Below, in pieces: positions 13,440 to 25,826 of a stretch of DNA of 64,000 nt; position 1 is the first letter of the stretch, and every line of letters starts with the position of its first letter. Source of the stretch: Octopus sinensis (Eukaryota); assembly GCF_006345805.1 (NCBI RefSeq), contig NC_043021.1, positions 16,740,001 to 16,804,000 on the forward strand, written 5' to 3'. The notes under the pieces are model-generated. The model had not been told where the DNA came from. It ran no database searches and saw only the letters and a program-made list of their open reading frames with translations. The position numbers and the translations under genes were made by a program.

Positions 13440-14012
13440 TTTTTTTATACTTCTCAAGACATTATTGTTGGATGCTACAGCACAGTGAAATCAACACAAA
13501 ACTATGTAGAAAAATGCAACTAAAATGTAACTAAAACAAAATAGTTTTAGTGAGTTGGTAGCTCACCCAAGGAGTTTGGGTGAGCCAAAAACACATTTGA
13601 GTGGGTGTGGCTGCAAAGTTAGATCTGTTCTTATGATCTAACTGCTAAGACTGTTTTAATCCTTTAGCATTCAGATTATCTTGCCAAATGTGATGCTTAT
13701 TTATTCACATTGTTTTGAAATAATCACGTATTATCTCATAGCTTTCAGATTTCAGTGATGCGATTGTTTATTTTTGGAATGACATTGTAGGGTAGGTGTG
13801 AGAGATCTAATCTGGCCAATTTAAACATAAAACAGGCAGGATATCCAGACTTGATTTGGCCAGTTTAAATGCTAAATGGAGATATATGTGTGTAATGTAA
13901 AATGCTATTAGATGATTTTAATCATAAAAATAGCAACAGGTCCACAGGTGAGATTTGAACCTATATACCTATTACTTGCTGAGTGGATTTGATAGACAGA
14001 AACTGAAAGAAG

Positions 14013-14243
14013 GCGGCGAACTGGCAGAAACGATAGCACACCGGGCAAAATGCTTAGCGGTATTTCATCTGCCGCTACATTCTGAGTTCAAATTCCGCCG
14101 AGGTTGACTTTGCCTTTCATCCTTTTGGGGTCAGTTAAATAAATAAGTACCAGTTATGTACTGGGGTCGATATAATTGTCTTAATCCGTTTGTCTGTCCT
14201 TGTTTGTCCCCTTGTATAGCCCCTTGTGGGCAGTAAAGAAATA
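14013..14243 (+). mobile_element. SINE family B copy inserted into a family A copy, 15-bp TSD
   Basis: The direct repeat agaaactgaaagaag occurs at 13998-14012 and 14244-14258. Confidence 0.88.
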
Positions 14244-15840
14244 AGAAACTGAAAGAAGCCCATCGTGTGTGTATGTGCACATATCTTTGTCTGTTTCCCA
14301 CCACTGCTTGACAACCGGTGTTGGTGTGTTTACATCCCTGTAACATAGCGGTTTGGCAAAAGAGACCAACAAAATAAATGCCAGGCTTAAAATAAGGCAG
14401 TGCCCCGGCATGGCCACAGTCTAACGACTGAAGTGAGGAACAGACAGAAGATAGATGGCTGTGTGATCAAGAAGTTCACTTTGCGACCACATGGCTTTAG
14501 GTTCAATCCCACCGTTGACCCTTTTAGGCAGCTGTCTTCTGTAGCCCCGTGCTGATCCTTGTTTTGTGATTGAATTTGGTTGATGGGAAGCATGTGGAAA
14601 CACATTGCACGTATGTGTGTGTGTGTGCTTTCCCACCTACTGCTTACTTGTTTCAGTCATTTGACTATGGTCATGCTGGAGCACTACCTTGGCGGGTTCT
14701 GGTCGAACAAATTGACCCCAGGACTTTTTTTGTTTGTTTGAAAGCCTGGTATTTATTCTATTGGTTGCTTTTGCCAAACTGCTAAGTTATGGGAACCTAA
14801 GCACACCACACCTGTTGTCAAGTGATAGTCAGGGACATGCACAAACACACACTCACACACACACACTGAGGCTTCTTTTCAGTTTCTATCTACCAAATGT
14901 TGGTGTATTCATCCCTGTAATCTAGGGGTTTGACAAAAGAGATTGATAGAATAAGTTCTGGGCTTAAAAAATAAATCGTGGGGTCAATTTGTTTGACTAA
15001 AATTTGTTTGACTAAAATGACTGAAACCAGTACAAAAATAAAAGAAAGAATAATTAAATTTTATTTGGGATTGCATCAAAAAAGAAATGATTAAAATATT
15101 TTGAGAATTGTAGAAGCATAACCATTTTATTGCAGATTTTGACAATAAAATCTTAAATGGACCACCCCCTCTCTCCAAGGGCCATATGGACCCCAGTTGA
15201 GAACTGCTGGTTTAAATCTCTGCTGTCTGCACCCTACCCCAAACTGTCCCACCCACCTCACACTTTAACTGGGAACTTGGGAGTTATAAATGAAAAGAAA
15301 GAAAGGACATACTAGATAAGGTAGTCTGTTCAAGGCAATGCTCCAGCATGGACACAGTCCAGTGTCTGGATTTAGTAAGAAAATATAAGAAAAGGGGAAA
15401 AAATAAGGTGGGGTGGTTCTTTTCTGGAATGTCTTTGATTGAAGGTTTTAGTGAAATCAGGGTTGATCTTGAGCCAAACAACAGTCGTAGCACTTGCTGA
15501 CCTGTACTGATTGATATGCAGTGTAAGACTATCTAGAGAAAACCCCAGTTTATTCCATGAACAGCATCAGGGAACATACGTGAACAAGACAAGTGAACAA
15601 GTAACAGGTGAACATACGTGAACAAGACAGGTGCAGTGCTATGAACAGTTTGAAACATCATCATCGTCATTTAACATCCATCTTCCATGCTGGCATGGGT
15701 TGGATGGTTTGACAGGAGCCAGCCAGGTAGAAGACTACACCAGGCTGTTGTGTCTGGTTTGGCATGGTTTTTACGGCTGGATACCCAGCCTAGCACCAAC
15801 CACCCCACAGAGTGGACTGAATGCTTTTTAGGTGGACACT

Positions 15841-16581
15841 AACCCATTAGCATTTAAACTAGCCAAATCTGGCTCAAATATTCTACAAATTTTACTTTTA
15901 AACTGACCATATCTAACCTCTCACACCTAACCTACACTAACATCCTAAATATAAGTAATCTCATCTGCAAAATCTCAAAGTTATAAGATAATGCGTGATT
16001 AATTCAAAATAGTTTTGAATAAAAAAGCATTACATTTGACAGTGTAACCTCAATGCTTAACCCTCTAGTCTTTAAACCAACCATATCCAACCCAAAACAT
16101 TCTACATGTTTTACATTCAAGGTGGCCATATCAAGCCTCTCATACTTGCCCTGCACTAACATTCTGAAAATAAGCAATCACATCATCGAAACCTCAAAGC
16201 TACAAGATAATGCATGATTAATTCAAAACAATTTGAATAAAAAAGCATTACATTTGACAGAGTAATCTGAAACTGGCCATATCAAGTCTCTCACACCTAC
16301 CCTGCACTGACATTCTAAAAATAAGCAATCACATCATCGAAACCTCAAAGCTACAAGATAATGCATGATTAATTCAAAACACTTTGAATAAAAAAGCATT
16401 ACATTTGACAGAGTAATCTGAAACTGGCCATATCAAGTCTCTCACACCTACCCTGCACTGACATTCTAAAAATAAGCAATCACATCATCGAAACCTCAAG
16501 CTACAAGATAATACATGATTAATTCAAAACACTTCGAATAAAAAAAAAGCTTTACATTTGACTGAGTAATTAAAGGGTTAA
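15841..16581. repeat. Array of M1 MITE sequence with tandemly repeated about 151-bp internal units
   Basis: The unit actggccatatcaagtctctcacacctaccc...gagtaatctgaa recurs at about 16122, 16272 and 16423, with an earlier diverged unit. The array ends in taaagggttaa. Confidence 0.85.
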
Positions 16582-17136
16582 AATGATGATGATGATGAGT
16601 AAATATATTTTTCAAGTGAGAGATGAAAGCGGGAAAACAAGTTTATTGAATAGGCGACTGACCTTTCAAAAGCTTAGGGTCCATGGGAAAATTTGTTTTG
16701 ATTATTAAGGGAGGCTTTTCAAATGAAAGGGCTTGGAACCCCTGATACAGTTCTTTCCCCTGCTGATTCATATGGCAGTATGGTAAACCTAGGAGTGGAG
16801 GTGGGAGTATTCCATTTCATGTTTGAAGAATGCAGGGTTCCTTTGTAATTTTTGCTGTTTTGCACCCGTATTCCCTTGCCCCCTCCCCACCTCAGTGCTT
16901 GCATGGATGGGTGTGTGGTGGGGGTAGACAGTGCCTTTGAAGTAGTTTTCACAACTGAATGCTCTTTCTACTGCTAACCAAACCACTCAACCGTCTACTA
17001 TAATAATACTCTTGTGTTTTTCTCTGTCACAACATAGGAACGAAAAAAGAAGAGGGTGATGGCAAACTTGTTGGCGGGAGTGTTTTGACTCTGTCTGAGT
17101 ATATGTGTGTGTGTAAAAGGGAGGTATGTGAATGTT

Positions 17137-17174
<38 letters not shown>

Positions 17175-17305
17175 CAATGGCAGTGAACATTCAATGCTGA
17201 AAAGAAAGAAAATCAAACAGCGCTTCAACGATGATCGATGTCACATCTCAAAAGACAACCACGAGATAACAATGACAAGTGTATTAACTTGATTTACCAT
17301 CCATA

Positions 17306-17681
17306 TCTCTATATATATAAATGGCAAAATGTCTGTGTGTGTGTGTGTGTGTGTGTCCTTTATACAAATCCACAATTTTTCATTTAGAGAGCTCACACTT
17401 TCTATGGTCATTCAAAGCTGTCCAAGGGTGGTCGTGCACATCTTTAAATTTCCCCAGTCACCCCGCAAAGCCATTAAAAAATCAATAAAAGTGACTTTTT
17501 TGTGAATTTTGTGTCCAAAACCCTATCAAAATGCCTGAAACTTGATATGCCAATTGAACGCCAGCTAGCTGTATGTGATTGGTCGGAGATTTGGACAGTA
17601 CTCGCATGTATGTGTGCATGCACGCAGCAGTATATGCATGCACTAGCACTATGACTCGGCATTGCCGGGTCATAGTGCTAG
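17306..17681 (+). mobile_element. Non-autonomous Helitron (family H2)
   Basis: A|TCTCTATATATA...CTAG|T, with a long terminal hairpin at 17642-17682. Confidence 0.82.
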
Positions 17682-17908
17682 TTTATATATAAAATACTAC
17701 AATTAGCCGTCATTTTTGATGGCATGGGGCCAGCTAGTGAATTAATAAAAGTGAAACTTTTTTTCAACCTCAGTCTGAGAAACTGGAGCCAGTGGAATCA
17801 TGGGCCTTGCTCAAGAGAACAACCCAATATTTGATGGGAATATGTAGACATAAGGGTAGCAGACTGGATAAAATGGTTAGCGCCATTTCATGTCTGCACA
17901 TTCTGAGT

Positions 17909-18137
17909 TTAACCCTTTAGTGTTCGCATCATTCTCCCAAAATTAATGCTTCTTTATCCACATTGTTTTGAACTAATCATGCATTATCTTGTAGCTGTGA
18001 GATTTTGACGAGGTAACTATTAATTTTTAAAATGATATTGTAGGGTTGGTGCGAGAGACCAGATATGGCCAGTTTGAACATAAAACAGGCAGAATACTTT
18101 TGACTGGATATGACCGGTTTAAATGCTAAAGGGTTAA
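17909..18137. mobile_element. M1 piggyBac-like MITE, full
   Basis: TTAACCCTTTAG...CTAAAGGGTTAA. Confidence 0.8.
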
Positions 18138-18954
18138 ATCCTGCTGAGGTAGACTTTGCCTTTCATCCTTTTAGGGTTACTAAAATGGGTATCAGTTGAA
18201 CGCTGGCCTTGTGCTAAAATTTGAAAGCAATATGTGGATATAGTGCTGTTATTGTTTATCTCTGGGTTGACCACAACACAGTAGGTGTGTGATCAGATGC
18301 ATTTCATTTGTGGCCATCCTGTTTTTTTATTCATTTTGTATCTACATTATCCCATGTCTTGTCTCCCCCCCCCCGTACCTATCCTATTGGTCTCTTTTGC
18401 TGAACTGTCAAGTTACAGGAATGTAAACAAACCAACACAAGTTGTCAAGGACTGGTGAGGGATAAACACACGTACAAAAAAATATACGTATGTATGTTTG
18501 TATATATGGGAAGGCTTCTTTCAGTTTCTGGCCTACCAAAGCCTTGTGAGTGAATTTGGTAGACAGAAACTGAAAGAAGCCCGTTGTGTATATGTATATA
18601 TATATGTTCGTGTGTCTGTGTTTGTCCCCCCCAACATCGCTTGACAACCAATGCTGGTGTGTTTATATCCTCATAACTTAGCAGTTTGGCAAAAGAGACC
18701 GATAGAATAAGTACTAGGCTTACAAAGAATAAGTCGTGGGGTCGATTTGCTCGACTAAAGGCGGTGCTCCAGCATGGCCACAGTCTCATGACTGAAACAA
18801 GTAAAAGAGCGAGTCATTCTAATATCTGTTTTGTCTTTTGTCTTTTGGAGGGTGAAATTTTTACCCTTCACATTCAAATAATGTGAAACCTATTTATTTT
18901 ATTTACTGGTGTTAATTCTTTGAATTTTAAATTTCTTTTTGTGTTTTTTTTTAG

Positions 18955-19019
18955 GTTTTCGATAAACAACTCAAGGAGTTCAATGAAAACTTGAAGCCTA
19001 AAACTCATACTGTGAATCG
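18955..19019 (+). CDS. SZRD1: SZRD1 coding exon (first one visible; VFDKQLKEFNENLKPKTHTVN-R)
   Basis: Polypyrimidine tract plus ttag acceptor and gtaagt donor. The 65-nt exon (phase 0 to 2) splices in frame to the 24423 exon. Its position matches the segment after the N-terminal SWEE..SG exon of SZRD1, though residue similarity is weak. Confidence 0.7.
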
Positions 19020-19056
19020 GTAAGTATTTCAGATATCTGTGTGTGTGTGTGTATAA

Positions 19057-19807
19057 CAGTGGTTTTCAACCAGGGTTCCGCGGAACCTTAGGGTTCCACC
19101 AGTACAGTCCAGGGGTTCCGCAAGAAGTTACAAAACTGCTAAAATCGGCAGTAATTTTTAATTCTCCTGTGCAGATATGTGTGCATAAGACTATTCAATT
19201 ATAATATAATATATAATAATAATTGTGTACAGTGCTCAGGTGCACTACAACTCGTCTAAAGTGTATATATAATCAGGTGTAGTTTCGGCGGATTTCGGAA
19301 AGCATGAGGGCCTTAAAGGATGCAGTGTCATGGCAGTCAACAACTGACGCAGGCAGTTTATTCCATGCTTCAGCAACTCTGAGCGTGAAAAAATGTTTCC
19401 GAAAGTCATGGGAGCTGTGCTGTTTTCTGACTTTGTAGGCATGTCCACGTGTGTTAGACACATGGAGATCAAAAAGGTGTTCAGTGTTGTTGTTGGTGAG
19501 GTGGTTGATAACCTTGTGGGTGTTTACCAAGTCTGTCGCCAGACGCCGGAGCTTCAGTGAATCCATGCCCAGGGAAACAAGGCGCTCAGAATATGGTAGG
19601 TGTCTGATGGAGGATATGCGTTTGGTTGCACGTCTCTGGACAGATTCCAGGAGGTCAATGTTCTGAGCAAGATAGGGGTTCCAAACTGATGATGCGAATT
19701 CCAAGTGTGGTCGTACCATAGCTGTATACAGTTTTAAATAGGGGTTCCTCGAGCCAGTGGAATGTTTCCTTGGGGTTCTGCTCCAGCAAAAAGTTTGAAA
19801 AGCACTG
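19057..19807. mobile_element. hAT-type MITE containing a CR1-like LINE 3' fragment
   Basis: TIRs cagtggttttcaacc and (revcomp) cagtgcttttcaaac match at 13/15. The 8-bp TSD is gtgtataa / gtgtagaa (7/8). Confidence 0.85.
19203..19740 (-). mobile_element. 5'-truncated CR1-clade LINE (RT C-terminus, 3' UTR, AT-rich tail)
   Basis: YTAMVRPHLEFASSVWNPY...LESVQRRATK...YSERLVSLGMDSLKLRR...TRGH...RKHFFTLRVAEAWNKLP is typical of the CR1/L2 ORF2 C-terminus. Confidence 0.92.
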
Positions 19808-21193
19808 GTGTAGAAGAATGAGATTTGCATTGCCATTTTAGCCCATTGGCATTCAGATCACTTTATCAAATATATTGCTTATTTATTCACATCATTTTGA
19901 GTTAATCATCTTGTAGCTATGAGATTTCAGTGATGTGATTGTTTATTTATTAGAACGACAGGTGTAGGGTAGGTGTAAGAGGCCAGATATGGCCATTTAA
20001 CCCTTTAGCATTCAAATTACTCTATCAAATACAATGCTTATTTATTCACTTCGTTTTTAACCCTTTAGTGTTTAAACCGGCCATATCAGGCCAAAATTGT
20101 CTTCCTGTTTTATGCTCAAACCAGCCAGCTCTGACCTCTCACACTTACACTACAAAGTCATATTAAAAATAAACAGGGACATTATCAAACTCTCAGAGTT
20201 ACAAGATGCTGTACAATTAATTTAAAACAATGTGATCAAACAGGCTTTACATTTGACAGAGTAATCTGAATGCTAAAGGGTTAAATTAATCGTGCAGTAT
20301 CTTGTAGCTTTAAGATTTCGATGACGTGGATTTTTTTTAATTTTTAGAATGACTTTGCAGGGTAGGTGTGAGAGGCTGGATCTTGCCAGTTTGAATATAA
20401 AACAGGTTAGAATATTTGAGCCTAATAAGGCCAGTTTAAATGCAAAATGGTTAAGGTTTATTTTCCATGCTGGCATGGCTTGGACAGTCTGACATGGTCC
20501 AGTGAGACAGAGGGATACATTGAGCTCCAATGTCAATTTTGCTTGGTTTCTACAGCCAGATGCCCTTCCTAACACCAGTTACTTTGCTGTGTGTGCTGGA
20601 GGCTTTTTAATCATGCACCAGCACCAGTGAGGTCACCAAACAATTTGCAAAAACAGGAAAGGAACAAGAAAATGGAAAGTCCCCTCAACTGGACAGAGGG
20701 TTGTGACATTGTGCTTGGTGTTGGGAGGTCAAGGTGTGATAGAGAGAAAAGCACAGGTGTCTTGCTATAGAGAAGATGCATGGAGTGCCAGAGCAAGTGG
20801 GCAGATTTTTGGCATGTCATAGATTTTTATGGTTTCTAAGAAATGCCCCCCCCCCTCCCATCTCTGTATGATTTAGGGTGAATACTCTTTCCTGTCACAG
20901 AGCCGTTTCACATCATTTATGCAGCTGATAGATTTACCAAAGACAGGGCCCATTTTTTTCCCCACCCACTCTATTTGAAATTGAAAATTTCCACAACATA
21001 TTAATGGATACTTTTTATGTTTTTACCACTTAGTCTGGGAACGAAGGGCAACACCTATGACCCTTTAAGGTTTTTAGGGTCTCCAAGGCTGGTGGGAGGA
21101 AGGGAGAGAGTTATCATCTTACTTGGGACCTGACTTGAATGTTTACAACAGAGTGGATTCTGCTAATGATACCCAAGGCACCAGTTGGTGGTG

Positions 21194-21422
21194 TTAACCC
21201 TTTAGTGTTCACATTATTCTGCCAAAATTAATCCTTTTTATCCACATTGTTTTGAACTAATCATTCATTAATCTTGTAGCTGTGAGATTTTGATGAGGTA
21301 GCTGTTAATCTTTAAAACGATATTGTAGGGTTTGTCTGAGCAACCAGATCTGGCCAATTTGAACATAAAACAGGCAGAATACTTTTGGCCGGATATGGCC
21401 AGTTTAAATGCTAAAGGGTTAA
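21194..21422. mobile_element. M1 piggyBac-like MITE, full
   Basis: TTAACCCTTTAG...CTAAAGGGTTAA. Confidence 0.8.
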
Positions 21423-22290
21423 ACATAGATAGGACTTAAGTCTACCACTCAAGTAGGCCTTGGCGGGATTTGAATTCAGAATGCAAAAAGCCGTAACAAA
21501 TACCACAAGATATCTGGTCTGATGGTTCTCACCCTTCCACCAATATATATTCCGTCTTGGATTGGTACTTTTTTCAGTGACCCTGAAAGAATGAAAGACG
21601 AAGTTAATCTCTGTAAGCTTTCAGTTCAGTGTGCATTGTTCATGATTTTCAAAAACAATTGAGACCAAGGCAACGAATTAAAAACTGGGTTAAATAGTGC
21701 AAAATGAGAGACTTATAATCATACACCTAGAGACAGTCTCGGTGGGTGGGTAGTGTTGGTATTAAAATGGTTAATGAACAGTTAATCTCTGTTATTTAAA
21801 CTGTTGCAGCAAATTGCCAGGTTTTATAATTTCTTCCAAATCATGCTGGAAGGTTTTAATTTAAATATTTAACTCTTTTGATATCAAACTGTCTGAGACC
21901 ACCCCCGGTTCTATGCTGCAAACTTCTGGTTTTAAAATAATCTAAATTAAAACATTCCATCTCATATTAATTTATGTTCCAAACATCATCATCGTTTAGC
22001 GTCCACTTTCCATGCTAGCATGGGTTGGACGATTTGACTGAGGTCTGGCAAACCAGACTCCAATCTGATCTGGCAGAGTTTCTACAGCTGGATGCCCTTC
22101 CTAATGCCAACCACTCCAAGAGTGTAATGGGTGCTTTTACATGCCACCAGCACGAGGGCCAGTTTGGTGGTACTGGCAACGGCCACGCTCAAATGGTGCT
22201 TTTTATGTGCCACCTGCACAGGAGCCAGTCCAGCGGCACTGGCAACAACCTCGCTCGAATGTCTTTTTTACCTCACTCAAATGTTTTAGC

Positions 22291-22517
22291 TTAACCCTTT
22301 AGTATTTAAACCGGCCATATCCGGCCAAAATAGTTAATCTGTTTTATGTTCAAACTGACCAGATCCAGGCTCTCACACCTACCCTACAATGTTATTCTAC
22401 ATTAAGTAATTACACCATCAAGATCTTGAAGATATGTGATAATGCATGATTAATTCAAATTAATGGGAATCAATAAGTATTATGTTTGATAGAATAATCT
22501 GAACACTAAAGGGTTAA
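22291..22517. mobile_element. M1 piggyBac-like MITE, full
   Basis: TTAACCCTTTAG...CTAAAGGGTTAA. Confidence 0.8.
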
Positions 22518-23310
22518 TAATGGATTGAGTTATTTTATCAAAGTTTTTCTTATTTTCCAAATTAATTGGAACAAAGGCGGTATTTTTTAAAAGAAATATG
22601 GTAACAAAAGGCTTAACTCCTTTGATAACTTTTGAGATCCCCACAAATTTCATGATACAAACTTCCCGTTTTAAAGTGATTTAAAAACCTTACTTCAAAA
22701 TTTCATGGTAATTTATGTTCCAAACACCAGAATAATTATAACAAGAATTAATGAATTCTTCGTTATTTTCAAAATTAATTGAAATTAAGGCAGTGTATTT
22801 CAACAGAAATATGGTAAGAAAAGGGTTAAAGACTGTGAAGTGAGAGCCCTTTTAGCATGAATTTGGAGATTGTTTTCGGTGGATGTTTGGGATCAAAATG
22901 GTTAACGAACAGTTAATCTAATCATTTGAACTGTTGCAGTAAATTGCCAGACTTTATAAATCTTCAAAATTTAACGATCCTCTCTCGCTATCGTTCCAAT
23001 AAATAAACCACCGAGATTGTTGGCGCAATTGTTTTCACAGCTGGGAGTGTCTATGTGGCCACTCAGTTTGCTAGAGATAGCAGCCAAATGTCTCCAATCA
23101 TATCTCACAGTCCTCACTATCGTCATCATCATCATCATTTAATGCCTGCTTCCCGTACCGGCTTCAGTTGGACTAATTATTGTACATCTTATTCGTAGTC
23201 ACTGTTCTCCAAGATGGATCAAAGGATCGTCTGTTGCTCATATGCTGCAATTTTAGGCATGCTTTCTGCAGCTGTATGTTCTTTCTAACACCAACTATTT
23301 TACAGTGTGT

Positions 23311-23699
23311 CTATCTTTCTATCCGCTCAGTCGAAGTCGACTCTCGGTTACTCGTTGGATCAGTGTCCTCCAGTCAGTTCTATCCTGGGCCGCTTCTTTC
23401 AGATTGGCTATGTCCATTCCGGTATCACTCTTGATGGTGTCAAGCCAGCGGGTTCTTGGTCGGCCTCTTCCTCTCTTGCCACTGACCATTCCGAGCAGGA
23501 TGTCCTTCTCCAGGGATTTTCTCCGCATAATATGACCGAAATATGCCAATCTATGCTTGGTGATCCTAGCTTCTAGCGACATTTTCGGCCTGATCTACTT
23601 AAGAACTTCTCCATTGGTGAGCCTCGCTGTCCATGGAATCTGTAAAAGTCTTCTCCAACACCAAAGCTCGAATGCATTAATTCTCTCTGGTCAGCTTTC
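23311..23699 (-). mobile_element. 5'-truncated RTE-clade (BovB/RTE-1-like) LINE, 11-bp TSD
   Basis: INAFELWCWRRLLQIPWTAR...LAYFGHIMRR.SLEKDILLG.VSGKRGRGRPRTRWLD...RLRLSG*. The TSD ttacagtgtgt is at 23300-23310 and 23700-23710. Confidence 0.93.
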
Positions 23700-24422
23700 T
23701 TACAGTGTGTACCATATGCATTTTATCATGGCACCAGGATCAGAGAGTTGGTTGTGTCCTCAACAAGGCTGACCATCCTCTAAACCTTACAGTGATTCAG
23801 TTAAAGTTAGTGTGACCATCTTAAAAAAAAATACAATAGAAATGGGCAATGCAGCCTTAGATAAACAAAAGATGAAGTCATGACAGGAGGGTTTTTGACC
23901 ATAGGTCTACTCATTCATGGCTGACCTAGGGCTATACAGCAACATGAGCCCAGAGTAAGGCTTGTTTGTTATTGTTCGCATTAATTGGAACAAGAAGAGT
24001 TATCTACCTTGTTCAGTGTTGAACCCCAATGAAGAAAAAAAAACTTAGCAAATGAGTATGACCTAGTCGTATGTACCATGGTTTTGCTAATTGTTTTAGG
24101 TGCCTGTGTAGTTGTGGGCTGATATAGACATCCTCTTGGCTCTCTGCTCTTGAATTTGAACTCAGAACGTAGTGGTAGATGAAATACTGCTAAGCATTTC
24201 GCCTGGCGTGCTAACATTTCTGCCTTACATAATCAGATAATTTTAATGTGAACCACTTGGCCACAGCTGTGGCTTCTCTCTCTCTCTCACTCTCTCTCTC
24301 TCTCTCTCTCACATACACACACACACAGGCACATGCACACACACACATCCTCATGCCTTTTTTGTGTCTTTTACTTCCTTTTCTTTGTCATTTTTCTTAA
24401 ATCTCTTTTGTTTCACCTCCAG

Positions 24423-24539
24423 GTTATTGTCCCCATTGCAAGAAGACACTTTGAGAACAACCTACCAACCTCAAGTGAAGATTTTGAAACGGCAGCCTGG
24501 TACTGGTGCTACAACCAACAGAACTGGCAATTCAGCAAA
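24423..24539 (+). CDS. SZRD1: SZRD1 coding exon (LLSPLQEDTLRTTYQPQVKILKRQPGTGATTNRTGNSA)
   Basis: ccag acceptor and gtgagt donor, 117 nt. Carries the PQ(V/I)(K/R)ILKR motif at the start of the SUZ domain. Phases are compatible on both sides. Confidence 0.88.
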
Positions 24540-24807
24540 GTGAGTCCCGTGTTTCTTTCATCTTTAACCCTTTAGCATTCAGATCACTCTGTCAAATGTA
24601 ATCCTTATTTATCCACATTGTTTTGACTTAATCGTGGATTATCTCGTAGCTTTCAGATTTCAGTTACATGTTTATTTTTAGAATAACATTGTAGGGTAGG
24701 TGTAAGAGGCTGGATCTGGCTGGTTTGAACATAAAATACACAGAATATTTTTGGCTTGATATAATTAATTTAAATGCTAAAAAGTTAATTAATGCAGTTT
24801 TATTTGT

Positions 24808-25205
24808 TAGGATTGTGTGGTAAGAAGCTTGCTTCCCAACCACATGGTTCAAGGTTCAGTCCCACTGCGTGACACCTTGGACAAATATCTTCAAGTGTAG
24901 CCTTGGGCTGACCAAAACCTTTCGAGTGGATTTAGTAGATGGAAACTGAAAGAAGCCCATTGTATAATGTATGTGTACATATATATGTGTGTGCCTTTGT
25001 GTCTGTGTTTTTACCCCCATCACTGCCTGACAACTGGTGTTGGTGTGTTTACATCTCCATAACTTAGCAGTTCAGCAGAAGAGACCAATAGAATAGGTAC
25101 TAGGCTTAAAAAACTAAGCCCTGAGATGGGGTTTCAATCTGTTTGACTGAAACACTTCAAGGCAGTGTTCCAGCATTGCCACAGTCTGAACCAACTAAAA
25201 GAATA
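24808..25205 (+). mobile_element. SINE family A copy (diverged), SZRD1 intron
   Basis: Diverged consensus match. Confidence 0.75.
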
Positions 25206-25793
25206 TATATACACCCAATGTATATTCTCTTCTCTCTCTCTCTCTCTCTTTCACTGAGGACATGTTTTAATGTTATTACACCTCTTCAGTGAAGCACAGA
25301 CTTCACTGAATTCACCAAAATAGTGATGAGACAGTTATGAAATGTGTAAATAATATATCTAATAATGTAGATGTAAGGAAAGTAGAAATATTCAAAAAAT
25401 GAGTCGAAGACAATGTTTGCATGGAAAAAGAAAAGAGACATTGATATTGTTTACACTGGTATATTTTGCTAACAGTGATCAAAAGCCCACGTTTCATTAC
25501 TGCCAAAATCGTGGTATTAGGTCTTCCTTAAGCAAGGTACTTAACTGCTTTTTCCCAGTGGTGACAAAAACCATGCTTCATATAAGCCAGACATGGGCTG
25601 GGAGAAGAGGGCTCTACGCCTAGGTTAGGGTAGTTCAAACCACTAGATGTAACAAACGAATTTCCCTCAAATCACCCCACGTCTAAAAGAATGGTGGGAT
25701 AGTCACGACTGGAATGCTTGTGATCATATGTCTGTCTAATCTCAGCGAGACAAGAATGAGAATGAAGCTCCACTTCAATGAAAAACAGTTAGT

Positions 25794-25826
<33 letters not shown>

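Noticed and set aside
13561-13585. 10-bp perfect hairpin gctcacccaa/ttgggtgagc
   Set aside because: It is too short and isolated to assign as a miRNA precursor, terminator or element end.
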